Positions 45,406 through 54,184 of a stretch of 56,215 nucleotides of DNA are shown piece by piece. The stretch comes from Acutalibacteraceae bacterium (GTDB lineage Bacteria; Bacillota; Clostridia; Oscillospirales; Acutalibacteraceae): contig JAZSED010000038.1 of the NCBI GenBank assembly GCA_045531495.1, positions 1 through 56,215 on the forward strand, given 5' to 3'. The notes under the pieces were generated by a model. The model was not told the origin of the DNA. It did not search any database and saw nothing but the letters and a program-made list of their open reading frames with translations. The position numbers and the translations under genes were made by a program. Position 1 is the stretch's first letter. Each line of letters begins with the position of its first letter.

Positions 45406-46527
45406 ATGATGAAGATTTTCAGCATTTTTGCTGAACCGCTCGGCTGGATTATGTCATTGTTTTACGACTGGATGGGCAGTTACTTTTTGACCATTTTGGT
45501 GTTCACGGTGGCAATCCGTCTGGCGATGTTCCCGCTGTCCTTAAATCAGCAAAAACAGCAGGCACAGCGCGCAAAATTGGCGCCCCGTATTGAACGCTTG
45601 CAGAAAAAATACGGTCACGACCAGCAAAAATTGATGGAAAAACAGCAGGAGCTGTACCAAAAGGAAGGCGTGAAGATGACCGCGGGTTGTCTGCCCTCTA
45701 TCATTCAGATGCTGGTGCTGATGAGCGTTATCGCGGTGATTTATAAACCGCTCACCTATCTGCAGGACATTCCGAAAACCGCTATCGACAGCAGTATCGT
45801 CGCACTTACCGAAATCAAAACCGATGAGGATAAGCCGCTGGTGACCGAAGCGGAGACCAAGAGTGAATATTATAAGGAATTGACCCTTTTAAAGCACGTG
45901 GAAAACCACCCCGCTGAAATCAAAAAAGCGCTTGCCACTGCGCAGGTTGCCGATGTGGACGCTACCTATAACAGTATGGTGGAGACCCAAAAAGAGTTTA
46001 AGGTGTTCGGTCTTTCCCTGCTCGAAACCCCGTGGACCGGTAGCTTTACGGGTATCAGCTGGCTGTGGATGATTGCTATCCTGTCGGGTCTTACCGCGCT
46101 GGGCACTTCGCTGGTTTCGATGCACTTTACAAAGAGCAGTATGCCGCAGCAGGCGGGCGGCTGCTCCCCCAATACGATGATGCTGATGATGCCCGTTATG
46201 TCCCTGTTTATCTCGTTTGGTGTACCCGCGGGCGTGGGCTTGTATTGGATTTTGTCCAACCTGCTTGCCATAGTGCAAACGGTGGTATTAAACAGTATTT
46301 ATAATCCCACCAAAATCCGCGAACAGGCACAGAAGGAATACGAAGAACGCCGTCAGCGTAAAAAGGAAGATAAAAAACGTCTTGCCGAATCCCGCGCAAG
46401 AGAGGAAGCCGCATTAAAAGCGGAAAAGGAAGCGGAAGAGAAAGCCGCCGCTGAAGAAAAGAAACAGAAAAAAGCATCTGCCCCCTCCGACACCACCTCC
46501 GCAGATGACGGAAAGGAAGAAAAATAA
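45406..46527 (+). CDS. yidC: Membrane protein insertase YidC (SpoIIIJ/Oxa1 family) with a K/E-rich C-terminal tail
   Basis: RLAMFPLSLNQQK, GCLPSIIQM and PAGVGLYWILSN match. An AGGAGG RBS is present. Confidence 0.9.
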   Translation: MMKIFSIFAEPLGWIMSLFYDWMGSYFLTILVFTVAIRLAMFPLSLNQQKQQAQRAKLAPRIERLQKKYGHDQQKLMEKQQELYQKEGVKMTAGCLPSIIQMLVLMSVIAVIYKPLTYLQDIPKTAIDSSIVALTEIKTDEDKPLVTEAETKSEYYKELTLLKHVENHPAEIKKALATAQVADVDATYNSMVETQKEFKVFGLSLLETPWTGSFTGISWLWMIAILSGLTALGTSLVSMHFTKSSMPQQAGGCSPNTMMLMMPVMSLFISFGVPAGVGLYWILSNLLAIVQTVVLNSIYNPTKIREQAQKEYEERRQRKKEDKKRLAESRAREEAALKAEKEAEEKAAAEEKKQKKASAPSDTTSADDGKEEK

Positions 46528-47387
46528 TGGCAAAAGAACTGATTATGAAAGCCGCCACCGTCGAGGAGGCACAGGCAAAAATTGTTGAGGCGCTCGGTGT
46601 TCCCGCCGCGTCTATCCGTTTTGAAACCCTGGCAGAGCCGCAGAAAAAGACATTCGGTCTGTTCGGCGGCGCGGATGCCGAGGTAAAAGGTACCGTTGTC
46701 GACGGTGCTGCCCAAGCTGCAAAAGCGTTTTTGGAAGACGTGCTCTCCGAAATGGGCGCCGCCCAATTCACCGTGACCATTAACGAAACGAAAGACACCT
46801 GCCTTTTGGTTGTGGAAGGCGAAGACCTTGGCTTTATCATCGGCCGCCGCGGTGAAACGCTGGATGCGTTGCAGTATCTGGTTGGTTTGGTTGCGAACCG
46901 CGTGGATAAAGACTATTGCCGTATCAACATTGACATCGGCAACTACCGTGAAAAGAGAGAAAAGACCCTTGTTGCGCTTGCGAAAAAAATGGCTGCGCAG
47001 GCGGCAAAAACAGGCCGCCGCTCTTCCCTCGAGCCGATGAATCCCTATGAACGCCGCATTATTCACACCACCGTGCAGGAAATTGAAGGCGCCACCTCCT
47101 GGAGTGTGGGCAGCGATGCCGCCCGCCACGTGGTTATCGGTCCTTCGGACGACAATCCCGTAAAACAGCAGCGTGCATCCCGTCGTCGCCGTCCGCGCAA
47201 GGAAAGCGAAGAGACGCGCAGTGAACGTCCCGCACGCCGTGAAGCAGAGGTTGCAGAGGGCAGACCGGTACGCCAATTTGTACCGCGCAGCAATCCCCTG
47301 CCGATGGCTGACGGCGCCACCCCGCCGCAGAAGACCGAATCCGAAGCGGAACGCTCCGCTTCCCTGTACGGCAGAATCGACCTGTAA
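46527..47387 (+). CDS. jag: Jag/SpoIIIJ-associated RNA-binding protein (Jag_N-KH-R3H) with a ~80-aa basic tail
   Basis: KH segment IIGRRGETLDALQYL and R3H segment MNPYERRIIH. The position after yidC fits. Confidence 0.85.
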   Translation: MAKELIMKAATVEEAQAKIVEALGVPAASIRFETLAEPQKKTFGLFGGADAEVKGTVVDGAAQAAKAFLEDVLSEMGAAQFTVTINETKDTCLLVVEGEDLGFIIGRRGETLDALQYLVGLVANRVDKDYCRINIDIGNYREKREKTLVALAKKMAAQAAKTGRRSSLEPMNPYERRIIHTTVQEIEGATSWSVGSDAARHVVIGPSDDNPVKQQRASRRRRPRKESEETRSERPARREAEVAEGRPVRQFVPRSNPLPMADGATPPQKTESEAERSASLYGRIDL

Positions 47388-47403
47388 GAAAAAAGTGTAA
47401 AAG

Positions 47404-47436
47404 AAAACCGACCTTGATTTTCAAGGTCGGTTTTTT
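47404..47436. terminator. Bidirectional terminator after jag
   Basis: AAAACCGACCTTGA-TTT-TCAAGGTCGGTTTTTT. Confidence 0.7.
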
Positions 47437-47437
47437 G

Positions 47438-47794
47438 TTAGGTCATCATAAGGAAGGCAAAAATACCTGCAACAAGACCGATTACTGTTAAAACTGTAAA
47501 AAAGACGACGCAAATTTTGATGGTATGTAAATAATATAATTTTTTGAATGTAAGATACTGCATGGTTTCCGCCTCACTAAGTTCAGCTTCATAAACGGTA
47601 TAGAATTCTGATGTTGAAACTTCTCCGTCGTCATATATATAAGGGAAAACATCTTCGGGAAGAGGCTTGCCCTCTTTTAACAATTGTTCATATTCTTTGT
47701 TTTCTTCTTGTGAACAAGGAATTTTTTCTAACAAATCAAAATCCATTTTGTACTCTGTTAACCGTTTTCTAAGATTTATTTTGTTATCTGCCAT
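47438..47794 (-). CDS. Hypothetical small protein with a single C-terminal TM helix (low-GC orphan)
   Basis: ATG at 47794 with a GGAGGA RBS (MADNKINLRKR...). C-terminal TM segment VVFFTVLTVIGLVAGIFAFLMM. I recognise no family. Confidence 0.45.
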   Translation of the reverse strand: MADNKINLRKRLTEYKMDFDLLEKIPCSQEENKEYEQLLKEGKPLPEDVFPYIYDDGEVSTSEFYTVYEAELSEAETMQYLTFKKLYYLHTIKICVVFFTVLTVIGLVAGIFAFLMMT

Positions 47795-47840
47795 TTTTAT
47801 TCCTCCGTTTTGTAGTAATAAATTGTAAAAAATTTGCACA

Positions 47841-47911
47841 CTACCCCTCAGTCCTCGTTACACTCGGACAGCTCCCCTGACAAGGGGAGCTAAGGGTTTT
47901 CGCGACTTTTG
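47841..47911 (-). repeat. Hairpin-tail repeat (direct copy at 56146-56215)
   Basis: CTACCCCTCAGTC + variable 17 nt + AGCTCCCCTGACAAGGGGAGCT + AAGGGTTTTCGCGACTTTTG. The first 13 nt and the 22-nt hairpin core are identical in the two copies. Confidence 0.85.
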
Positions 47912-47913
47912 TT

Positions 47914-48933
47914 TTAAAACACCACTCTGACGGTTGTCCCTTCGCCCAACGTACTCTCCACCGAAACAGAGGCGTTTAAGAAACGTACCGCGTGTTTGAC
48001 AATGGACAGCCCAAGCCCCGTACCGCCGATTTTTTTGGAATGGCTTTTATCCGCGCGGTAAAAGCGGTCGAAAATATGCGGTAAATCCTTCTCCGAAATA
48101 CCGATACCGGTGTCTTTTACCTTAAGCTCTACCCCATCGACGTACTGCCGTATGGTAACCGTAACGGTACCGCCGTCTTTGTTATACTTAACGGCGTTAT
48201 CGCAGAGATTGTACACAATCTCCTCCACCACCTGCTCTGCACCGCGCACCGTCACCCGTTCTCCCTGCAGAGAGAAGGTGACGTTTTTGCTTTTCGCCGC
48301 CATTTCCAGGTGAGAAATCACCCCTTCGCACAGCGCGAAAAGGTCGATATCTTCGATAGTAACATCTATTTCCTTGCTGTCCAATTGGGACAGCTTGATA
48401 ATGTCTCCCACAAGGGTGGTCAGCCGCCGGCTTTCATCGTAAATCTTGCCTGCAAACCGCGGCACGTCGGCAGCATCTACCAAACCGTTTTTGAGCAGCT
48501 CCGCGTATCCCGATATGGAAGTGAGCGGGGTTTTCATTTCATGGGACACGTTGGCGGTGAAATCGCGCCGCATCGCATCCTGTGCGGTGTGTTCCTTTTG
48601 CATATTCTCCATCTGCTCGGTCAACAGCCGATTTTGCTGTCGAATACGGTCGGTAAGCGGGGACAGCTCCGCGTATAATGTCTCCCCGTCGGGGTTGTTG
48701 AAATTTATGCGGTTAATAGGTGCGGTGATACTCCTTGCCACCCGAGAAGACAGCCAAAGAGAAAGCAATAACGCCCCCACCGCGATACACGCCACGGGAA
48801 TGAGCAGCTCCGCAAAAAAGGTCATCGGCGGCTTTTTGTAAATGTATACAAAAACGCCGTACACCGCCGCCAATGCCGCGCACAGGACGGTAAAGGAAAC
48901 CGAAAGACAGCTCCAAAAAATCTTTTTTCTCAT
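47914..48933 (-). CDS. Sensor histidine kinase (PhoR-like)
   Basis: Two N-terminal TM segments, H-box FTANVSHEMKTPLTSISGY, N-box YNLCDNAVKY and G-box DTGIGI...GTGLGLSI. Confidence 0.85.
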   Translation of the reverse strand: MRKKIFWSCLSVSFTVLCAALAAVYGVFVYIYKKPPMTFFAELLIPVACIAVGALLLSLWLSSRVARSITAPINRINFNNPDGETLYAELSPLTDRIRQQNRLLTEQMENMQKEHTAQDAMRRDFTANVSHEMKTPLTSISGYAELLKNGLVDAADVPRFAGKIYDESRRLTTLVGDIIKLSQLDSKEIDVTIEDIDLFALCEGVISHLEMAAKSKNVTFSLQGERVTVRGAEQVVEEIVYNLCDNAVKYNKDGGTVTVTIRQYVDGVELKVKDTGIGISEKDLPHIFDRFYRADKSHSKKIGGTGLGLSIVKHAVRFLNASVSVESTLGEGTTVRVVF

Positions 48934-48936
48934 ACC

Positions 48937-49596
48937 TTAACCCACCTTGTACCCGATGCCGCGTACCGTTTCCACAATATCGCCCGCTTCGCCGAGCTTT
49001 TGCCGTAAGGTGCGGATATGTACGTCCACCGTGCGGTTTTCGCCGTCAAAGGCGTATCCCCATATGTGGTTGAGAATCTGGTCGCGGGTTAAAACCGCAC
49101 CGCGGTTTTCAAGCAGGAAACACAGCATTTCAAGCTCCTTGCGGGTGAGGGTAACAGGGTCGCCGTTTACGGTTATGACGTGTTTTTTGGGACAAACGTA
49201 TACCGCACCGACCGTATATTCCTCGGTGGGCTTTTGTGCGCCGCGCAACCGCGCTTTGACCCTTGCCACCAATTCCATAACGCCGAAAGGTTTGGCAATA
49301 TAATCGTCCGCGCCGTATTCAAAGCCGCGCACTTTGTCGATTTCGGACGCTTTTGCGGTGAGCATAATGACGGGAATATGCTCCGTGTCAGGGGCGGCAC
49401 GCAATTTCTGTAAAATGCAAAGGCCGTCCTCTTCGGGCAGCATAATATCCAACAAAATGAGGTCGGGTTTCTCGGTTTTCATCTTCTCCCAAAACAGAGA
49501 CGGTGCCGCAAACCCCTGTGCGGGCAGACCGGTGCTGTTTAAGGAGTATACTACCAGCTCGCGGATATTGCTGTCGTCCTCGATGAGGTAAATCAT
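48937..49596 (-). CDS. OmpR/PhoB-family response regulator
   Basis: Receiver motifs DLILLDIMLP and the conserved Lys context YIAKPF, plus a winged-helix C-terminus RTVDVHIRTLRQKL...VRGIGYKV. Confidence 0.9.
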   Translation of the reverse strand: MIYLIEDDSNIRELVVYSLNSTGLPAQGFAAPSLFWEKMKTEKPDLILLDIMLPEEDGLCILQKLRAAPDTEHIPVIMLTAKASEIDKVRGFEYGADDYIAKPFGVMELVARVKARLRGAQKPTEEYTVGAVYVCPKKHVITVNGDPVTLTRKELEMLCFLLENRGAVLTRDQILNHIWGYAFDGENRTVDVHIRTLRQKLGEAGDIVETVRGIGYKVG

Positions 49597-49723
49597 AGGT
49601 CTATTCTCCTTGTCGTATTGCGTTCTGTTTTCGGGCGTATTGCTCCCTCGTCAGAGGGAGGTAAGATTTTCAATCATTTTCCACTATACCACACAACTCT
49701 CAAAAACGCAACGCAAAAAAGGG

Positions 49724-49753
49724 TTGCCATTTTTTGTATATATATGGTATACT
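49724..49753 (+). promoter_or_regulatory. Promoter candidate for the NSS transporter
   Basis: TTGCCA (49724-49729), an 18-nt spacer and TGgTATACT extended -10 (49745-49753). Confidence 0.45.
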
Positions 49754-49785
49754 ACATCTAACTATCAACCTTTGGAGGGGTTTAT

Positions 49786-51177
49786 ATGGAAAGAGAAAAA
49801 TTAGGAAGTCGTTTAGGCTTCATCCTGTTGTCAGCGGGCTGTGCCATCGGCCTTGGCAACGTGTGGAAGTTTCCGTCCTTGGTTGCCGCGAGCGGCGGCG
49901 GTTTCTTCGTACTGTTCTACATATTGTTCCTGTTTGTTTTGGGTCTTCCCGTTATGACCATGGAGTTTTCTCTTGGTCGTGCGAGTCAGAAAAGCCCTGT
50001 TAAAATGCTGCAAACCTTAGAAAAGCCCGGTCAAAAATGGCATTGGTACGGCTATTTTGCCATGGCGGGCAATTGGCTTTTGATGATGTTCTACACCGCA
50101 GTTTGCGGATGGATGCTGCAATACTTTGTCAACACCGCCAAAGGCGATTTTGTCGGTCTTGACGCGCCCCAAGTCAGCGCGGCGTTCGGCGCGATGACCG
50201 CCAATTGGAGCACCATGCTTATTTTCACCTTCATTATCATCATTGCCGGTTTCTTTGTATGCTCGTTCAGCCTGCAGAAGGGTCTGGAACGGGTCACCAA
50301 ATATATGATGCTGGCACTCCTTTTGATTATGGTGGGTCTTGCGGTATACAGCTGCCTTCAGCCGGGCAGTGCGGAAGGTCTCAAATTCTATTTGATGCCC
50401 AGTGTTGAAAATATGAAAAAGGTCGGTATCGGCAGAGTGATTGTCAATGCGATGAATCAGGCGTTCTTCACTCTGTCCCTCGGTGTCGGCTCGATGGCGA
50501 TTTTCGGCAGTTACCTCAAAAAAGACCATTCCCTGTTGGGTGAAGCGGTCAACGTCGGTGTTTTGGATACCTTTGTCGCCGTTACCTCGGGTCTTATCAT
50601 CTTCCCTGCCTGCTTTGCGTATAACGTACCGCTGACCGACGCACAAGGCAATTTGCAGGGCGGCCCCGGTTTGATCTTTGAAGTGTTGCCCAACCTGTTT
50701 GCCAACCTGCCCGGCGGCAGAATTGTAGGCAGTCTGTTCTTTATGTTCCTGTTCTTTGCGGCATTTTCCACCGTTTTGGCGGTGTTCGAAAATATTATTG
50801 CAATGATGATGGATTTGACCGGTTTTTCCCGCAAAAAGACCTGCCTTATCTGCTGTCCCGCAATGCTCCTCCTGTGCTTGCCCTGCATTTTCGGCTTTAA
50901 CCTCTTAAGCGGCTTTACACCGTTTGGCGCAGGCTCTAACTTTATGGATTTGGAAGACTTTATCGTTTCCAACGTGCTGTTGCCTGTCGGTTCTTTGGTG
51001 TTTGCGATATTCTGTACCGCGAAATTCGGTTGGGGCTGGAAGAATTTTAAAGCGGAAGCCAATGAAGGCAGCGGTATCAAGGTACACAATTGGATGCGTG
51101 TGTATATGACCTATATCCTGCCGCTCATCATCTTCGCGTTGTTTGTTGTCGGTATCTGGGACAAATTCTTTAAATAA
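49786..51177 (+). CDS. Sodium-dependent transporter, NSS (SNF) family
   Basis: GSRLGFILLSAGCAIGLGNVWKFP is the NSS signature. About 11-12 TM segments. Confidence 0.85.
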   Translation: MEREKLGSRLGFILLSAGCAIGLGNVWKFPSLVAASGGGFFVLFYILFLFVLGLPVMTMEFSLGRASQKSPVKMLQTLEKPGQKWHWYGYFAMAGNWLLMMFYTAVCGWMLQYFVNTAKGDFVGLDAPQVSAAFGAMTANWSTMLIFTFIIIIAGFFVCSFSLQKGLERVTKYMMLALLLIMVGLAVYSCLQPGSAEGLKFYLMPSVENMKKVGIGRVIVNAMNQAFFTLSLGVGSMAIFGSYLKKDHSLLGEAVNVGVLDTFVAVTSGLIIFPACFAYNVPLTDAQGNLQGGPGLIFEVLPNLFANLPGGRIVGSLFFMFLFFAAFSTVLAVFENIIAMMMDLTGFSRKKTCLICCPAMLLLCLPCIFGFNLLSGFTPFGAGSNFMDLEDFIVSNVLLPVGSLVFAIFCTAKFGWGWKNFKAEANEGSGIKVHNWMRVYMTYILPLIIFALFVVGIWDKFFK

Positions 51178-51189
51178 GGAGAGAACAAG

Positions 51190-51918
51190 ATGAATTTCAG
51201 TGTAAACAGCACCTTTTTATACCTGATTGCAGGTGCGGTTATCCTGTTTGTGTTGGCGCAGTCCTTCTTTTTCCTTATCCGCGCGTACCGTCGCGGTAAA
51301 CAGCTCGGTATGGCAACCGCCACCCTGCGTAAAACGGTGGTTTCCACGGCGGTGTTTACCGTTGCACCCGCTGTTTCCATTCTTATCGGCATTATTACCC
51401 TGTCGAAGTTTTTGGGTATTCCGTTGCCGTGGATTCGTATGAGCGTTATCGGTGCACTCACATACGAACTGCCCGCGGCAACCGCGGCGGCAAGCGCTCT
51501 TAACGTGACCGAGCTTTCCAAAATGATTACCGACCCGAAGGTGTATGCCGCTATCGCGTGGGTTATGACCCTCGGTATTCTGCCGTCCATTATTTTGCCG
51601 CCCATTCTGATGAAAAAGATTCGCGGCGGTATGTTAAAGCTCAAAAACCGCGACAGCAAGTGGAGCGACATTTTTATGACCTCGCTGTTTCTCGGTATGA
51701 TTTCCGCGTTTTTAGGTCTGGTGTTTGCGGATGTCGGCAACGGTTTGAAAGGCTTTATTCCGCTGTTTGTACTGCTCGTTTCCGCACTGTTAATGGCCGT
51801 GTGCGGTCTGCTTATCAAAAAATGCGGTATGAAATGGCTGGAAACGTATGCTATGGCAATCAGTATGGTGGGCGCTATGGTGTTCGCCGCTGTGATTACG
51901 CCTGTGATGGGGGGTTAA
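51190..51918 (+). CDS. Polytopic membrane protein of unknown function
   Basis: 242 aa with about 6 TM segments. It is tightly spaced with the following genes. I recognise no family. Confidence 0.55.
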   Translation: MNFSVNSTFLYLIAGAVILFVLAQSFFFLIRAYRRGKQLGMATATLRKTVVSTAVFTVAPAVSILIGIITLSKFLGIPLPWIRMSVIGALTYELPAATAAASALNVTELSKMITDPKVYAAIAWVMTLGILPSIILPPILMKKIRGGMLKLKNRDSKWSDIFMTSLFLGMISAFLGLVFADVGNGLKGFIPLFVLLVSALLMAVCGLLIKKCGMKWLETYAMAISMVGAMVFAAVITPVMGG

Positions 51919-51922
51919 GAAG

Positions 51923-52576
51923 ATGCGTGACTATATGAAAGATACCGACAGATACGGTAAAATTTGGATATGGACCGCCGTGCTGGTGGTTTTGATGGTG
52001 CCGGTAGCCATTTGTGTTGCGTATAACGCGTGGCCGCCTGTCACCGCGGTGCTCAAAGGTCTTTTGGGCGTTGCGCCTATCTTCTGGACGGTGGGTGTTA
52101 TTGAGGTTATCACCTATACCCCTATGCTCGGTGTGGGCGGTACCTACTTGTCCTTTGTCACCGGCAACCTCACCAGCCTGAAAGCCCCTGCCGCGCTGAC
52201 CGCGATGGAAAATGCAAATGTCAAGCCCGACACCGAAGAAGGTGAAGTGGTATCCACCATTGCGGTGGCGACCTCCTCTATTGTCACCACTTTGGTTTTG
52301 GCACTTGGTGTGGCGATTTTGAGCTTCTTAACCCCTGTTTTGGAGCATCCCGCGTTAAAGCCTGCGTTTGATAACATCCTGCCCTCGCTGTTCGGCGGCT
52401 TGGCGGTGGTGTATATCAGCAAGAATTGGAAGCTTTCCTTGGCACCGCTCATTTTTATGGTGGTACTGTTCTTGTGTGTACCTTCCCTTGCGGGCTCGGT
52501 GGGCGTTTTGGTGCCTGTCGGCGTGTTGGTAGCGCTTGGCGCCGCGCGTGTGATGTATAAAAAAGGCTGGGTGTAA
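51923..52576 (+). CDS. Polytopic membrane protein of unknown function
   Basis: 217 aa with about 5-6 TM segments. It starts 5 nt after the previous stop and ends 1 nt before the next start. Confidence 0.5.
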   Translation: MRDYMKDTDRYGKIWIWTAVLVVLMVPVAICVAYNAWPPVTAVLKGLLGVAPIFWTVGVIEVITYTPMLGVGGTYLSFVTGNLTSLKAPAALTAMENANVKPDTEEGEVVSTIAVATSSIVTTLVLALGVAILSFLTPVLEHPALKPAFDNILPSLFGGLAVVYISKNWKLSLAPLIFMVVLFLCVPSLAGSVGVLVPVGVLVALGAARVMYKKGWV

Positions 52577-52577
52577 G

Positions 52578-54014
52578 ATGTATATTGTACTCGGACTTTT
52601 GGCATTACTTATTGTTTTTCTTGCAATTATTGTCATACGTGCGTTATGCTTCCGTCCCGCCCCCGAAACTCCTGTCACCCCCGTCCCTGTGACGGTGGAC
52701 AGAGAGAAAATCACCGCGGATATGGTGGAAATGATACGCTGTAAAACCGTTTCCTACCGCGATGACAGCTTGGTGGACCGCAAGGAATTTGAAAAATTCG
52801 AAAAACTGCTGTTTGACCGCTATCCTGCGGTCACAGCCGCCGCCGATTTCAAAAAAATCGGTAAAACGGGTCTTTTGTTTCACATAAAAGGCAAAAGCGA
52901 TGCTGCCCCCACCGTGTTAATGGCGCATTATGACGTTGTGCCTGTAGATGAAGACGGTTGGGAAAAACCCGCTTTTGAAGGTATCGTGCAGGACGGCGTT
53001 ATCTGGGGCAGAGGCACTTTGGATACCAAAGGCACCCTGCTGGGTGTTATGCAAGCCGCAGACAGCGCGATAAAAGACGGCTTTGTGCCCGAAAACGACC
53101 TGTATCTCGCTTTTTCGGGCGAAGAAGAAATTGACGGCGATTCCTGTAAAGAGATTGTCAGCTTTTTAGAACAAGACGGCGTTACCCCCGCGCTCGTTTT
53201 AGACGAAGGCGGCGCGGTGGTGGAAAACGTGTTCCCCGGCGTGAAAAGTGCGTGCGCGGTTATCGGTATTGCGGAAAAGGGCAGTGTGTCGATGGATTTG
53301 GAGCTGTTGTCCAACGGCGGGCACGCGTCCACCCCGCCGCCGAAAACGGTTATGGGCAAGCTGTCCAAAGCAGTGGTGGATATTGAAAGCCACCCCTTCC
53401 CCCGTCGTTTAACCCCGCCGGCCGCGGGTCTGTTTGACACCCTGGGCAGACGGTCTACCTTCCTGTATCGCTTGATTTTTGCAAATCTTTGGTGCTTTAT
53501 GCCGGTTTTAGATATGATTTGTAAGCTGTCGGGCGGTGAGCTGAACGCTTTGGTGCGCACCACCGTGGCGGTTACCCGTATGCAAGGCAGTGACGCGTAT
53601 AACGTGTTGCCCCCGAAAGCAAAAGCGGGCATTAACGTCCGCTTGATTGGCGGGGACACCATTGAGAGCGCGGTTGCTTATATTAAAAAGGTTATAAAGA
53701 ACGATGCGGTTACCGTGTCGGTGGTGGGCGGTATGAACCCCTCTATCAGTTCGGACACCCATTGCGACGCGTGGGAAAAAATCGCGTTGGCGGTGCGGCA
53801 GACGTTTGATAACACGGTGGTAAGCCCCTATTTGATGATGGCGTGCAGTGATTCGCGCCACTATTGCCGTATCACCGATAAGGTGTACCGCTTCTCCCCT
53901 ATGCGTTTATCCAAAGAAGAACGCAGAATGATTCACGGCAACAACGAGAGAGTACCCGTAGACACGCTGGTGGACACGGTGGCGTTTTATACAAGATTAT
54001 TGAAAATGTTGTGA
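52578..54014 (+). CDS. M20-family metallopeptidase with an N-terminal membrane anchor
   Basis: N-terminal TM segment MYIVLGLLALLIVFLAIIVI. AHYDVVPV, WGRGTLDTKG and SGEEEI are M20 metal-ligand and catalytic motifs. Confidence 0.8.
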   Translation: MYIVLGLLALLIVFLAIIVIRALCFRPAPETPVTPVPVTVDREKITADMVEMIRCKTVSYRDDSLVDRKEFEKFEKLLFDRYPAVTAAADFKKIGKTGLLFHIKGKSDAAPTVLMAHYDVVPVDEDGWEKPAFEGIVQDGVIWGRGTLDTKGTLLGVMQAADSAIKDGFVPENDLYLAFSGEEEIDGDSCKEIVSFLEQDGVTPALVLDEGGAVVENVFPGVKSACAVIGIAEKGSVSMDLELLSNGGHASTPPPKTVMGKLSKAVVDIESHPFPRRLTPPAAGLFDTLGRRSTFLYRLIFANLWCFMPVLDMICKLSGGELNALVRTTVAVTRMQGSDAYNVLPPKAKAGINVRLIGGDTIESAVAYIKKVIKNDAVTVSVVGGMNPSISSDTHCDAWEKIALAVRQTFDNTVVSPYLMMACSDSRHYCRITDKVYRFSPMRLSKEERRMIHGNNERVPVDTLVDTVAFYTRLLKML

Positions 54015-54044
54015 TGAAAATTGTATGTAAAAGAATGACGTTAT

Positions 54045-54084
54045 AAAAAAGAAGGACACAAGCGTTGCTTGTGTCCTTCTTTTT
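54045..54084 (+). terminator. Rho-independent terminator after the M20 peptidase gene
   Basis: 13-bp stem GAAGGACACAAGC / GCTTGTGTCCTTC followed by TTTTT. Confidence 0.7.
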
Positions 54085-54099
54085 GCGTATCCTCTGCAT

Positions 54100-54139
54100 T
54101 TAACGAATATTTAACAGCTTCTTGCTTTCATTCTTAACA
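54100..54139 (+). promoter_or_regulatory. Pho-box-like phased hexamers upstream of the Na/Pi cotransporter
   Basis: TTAACG (54100), TTAACA (54111), TTGCTT (54122) and TTAACA (54134) at ~11-nt phasing. A possible -10, TACACT, lies at 54150-54155. Confidence 0.35.
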
Positions 54140-54184
54140 TAAAAAAGCGTACACTAAAGCCGTACAAAAGAAAGGAAGGAAATT

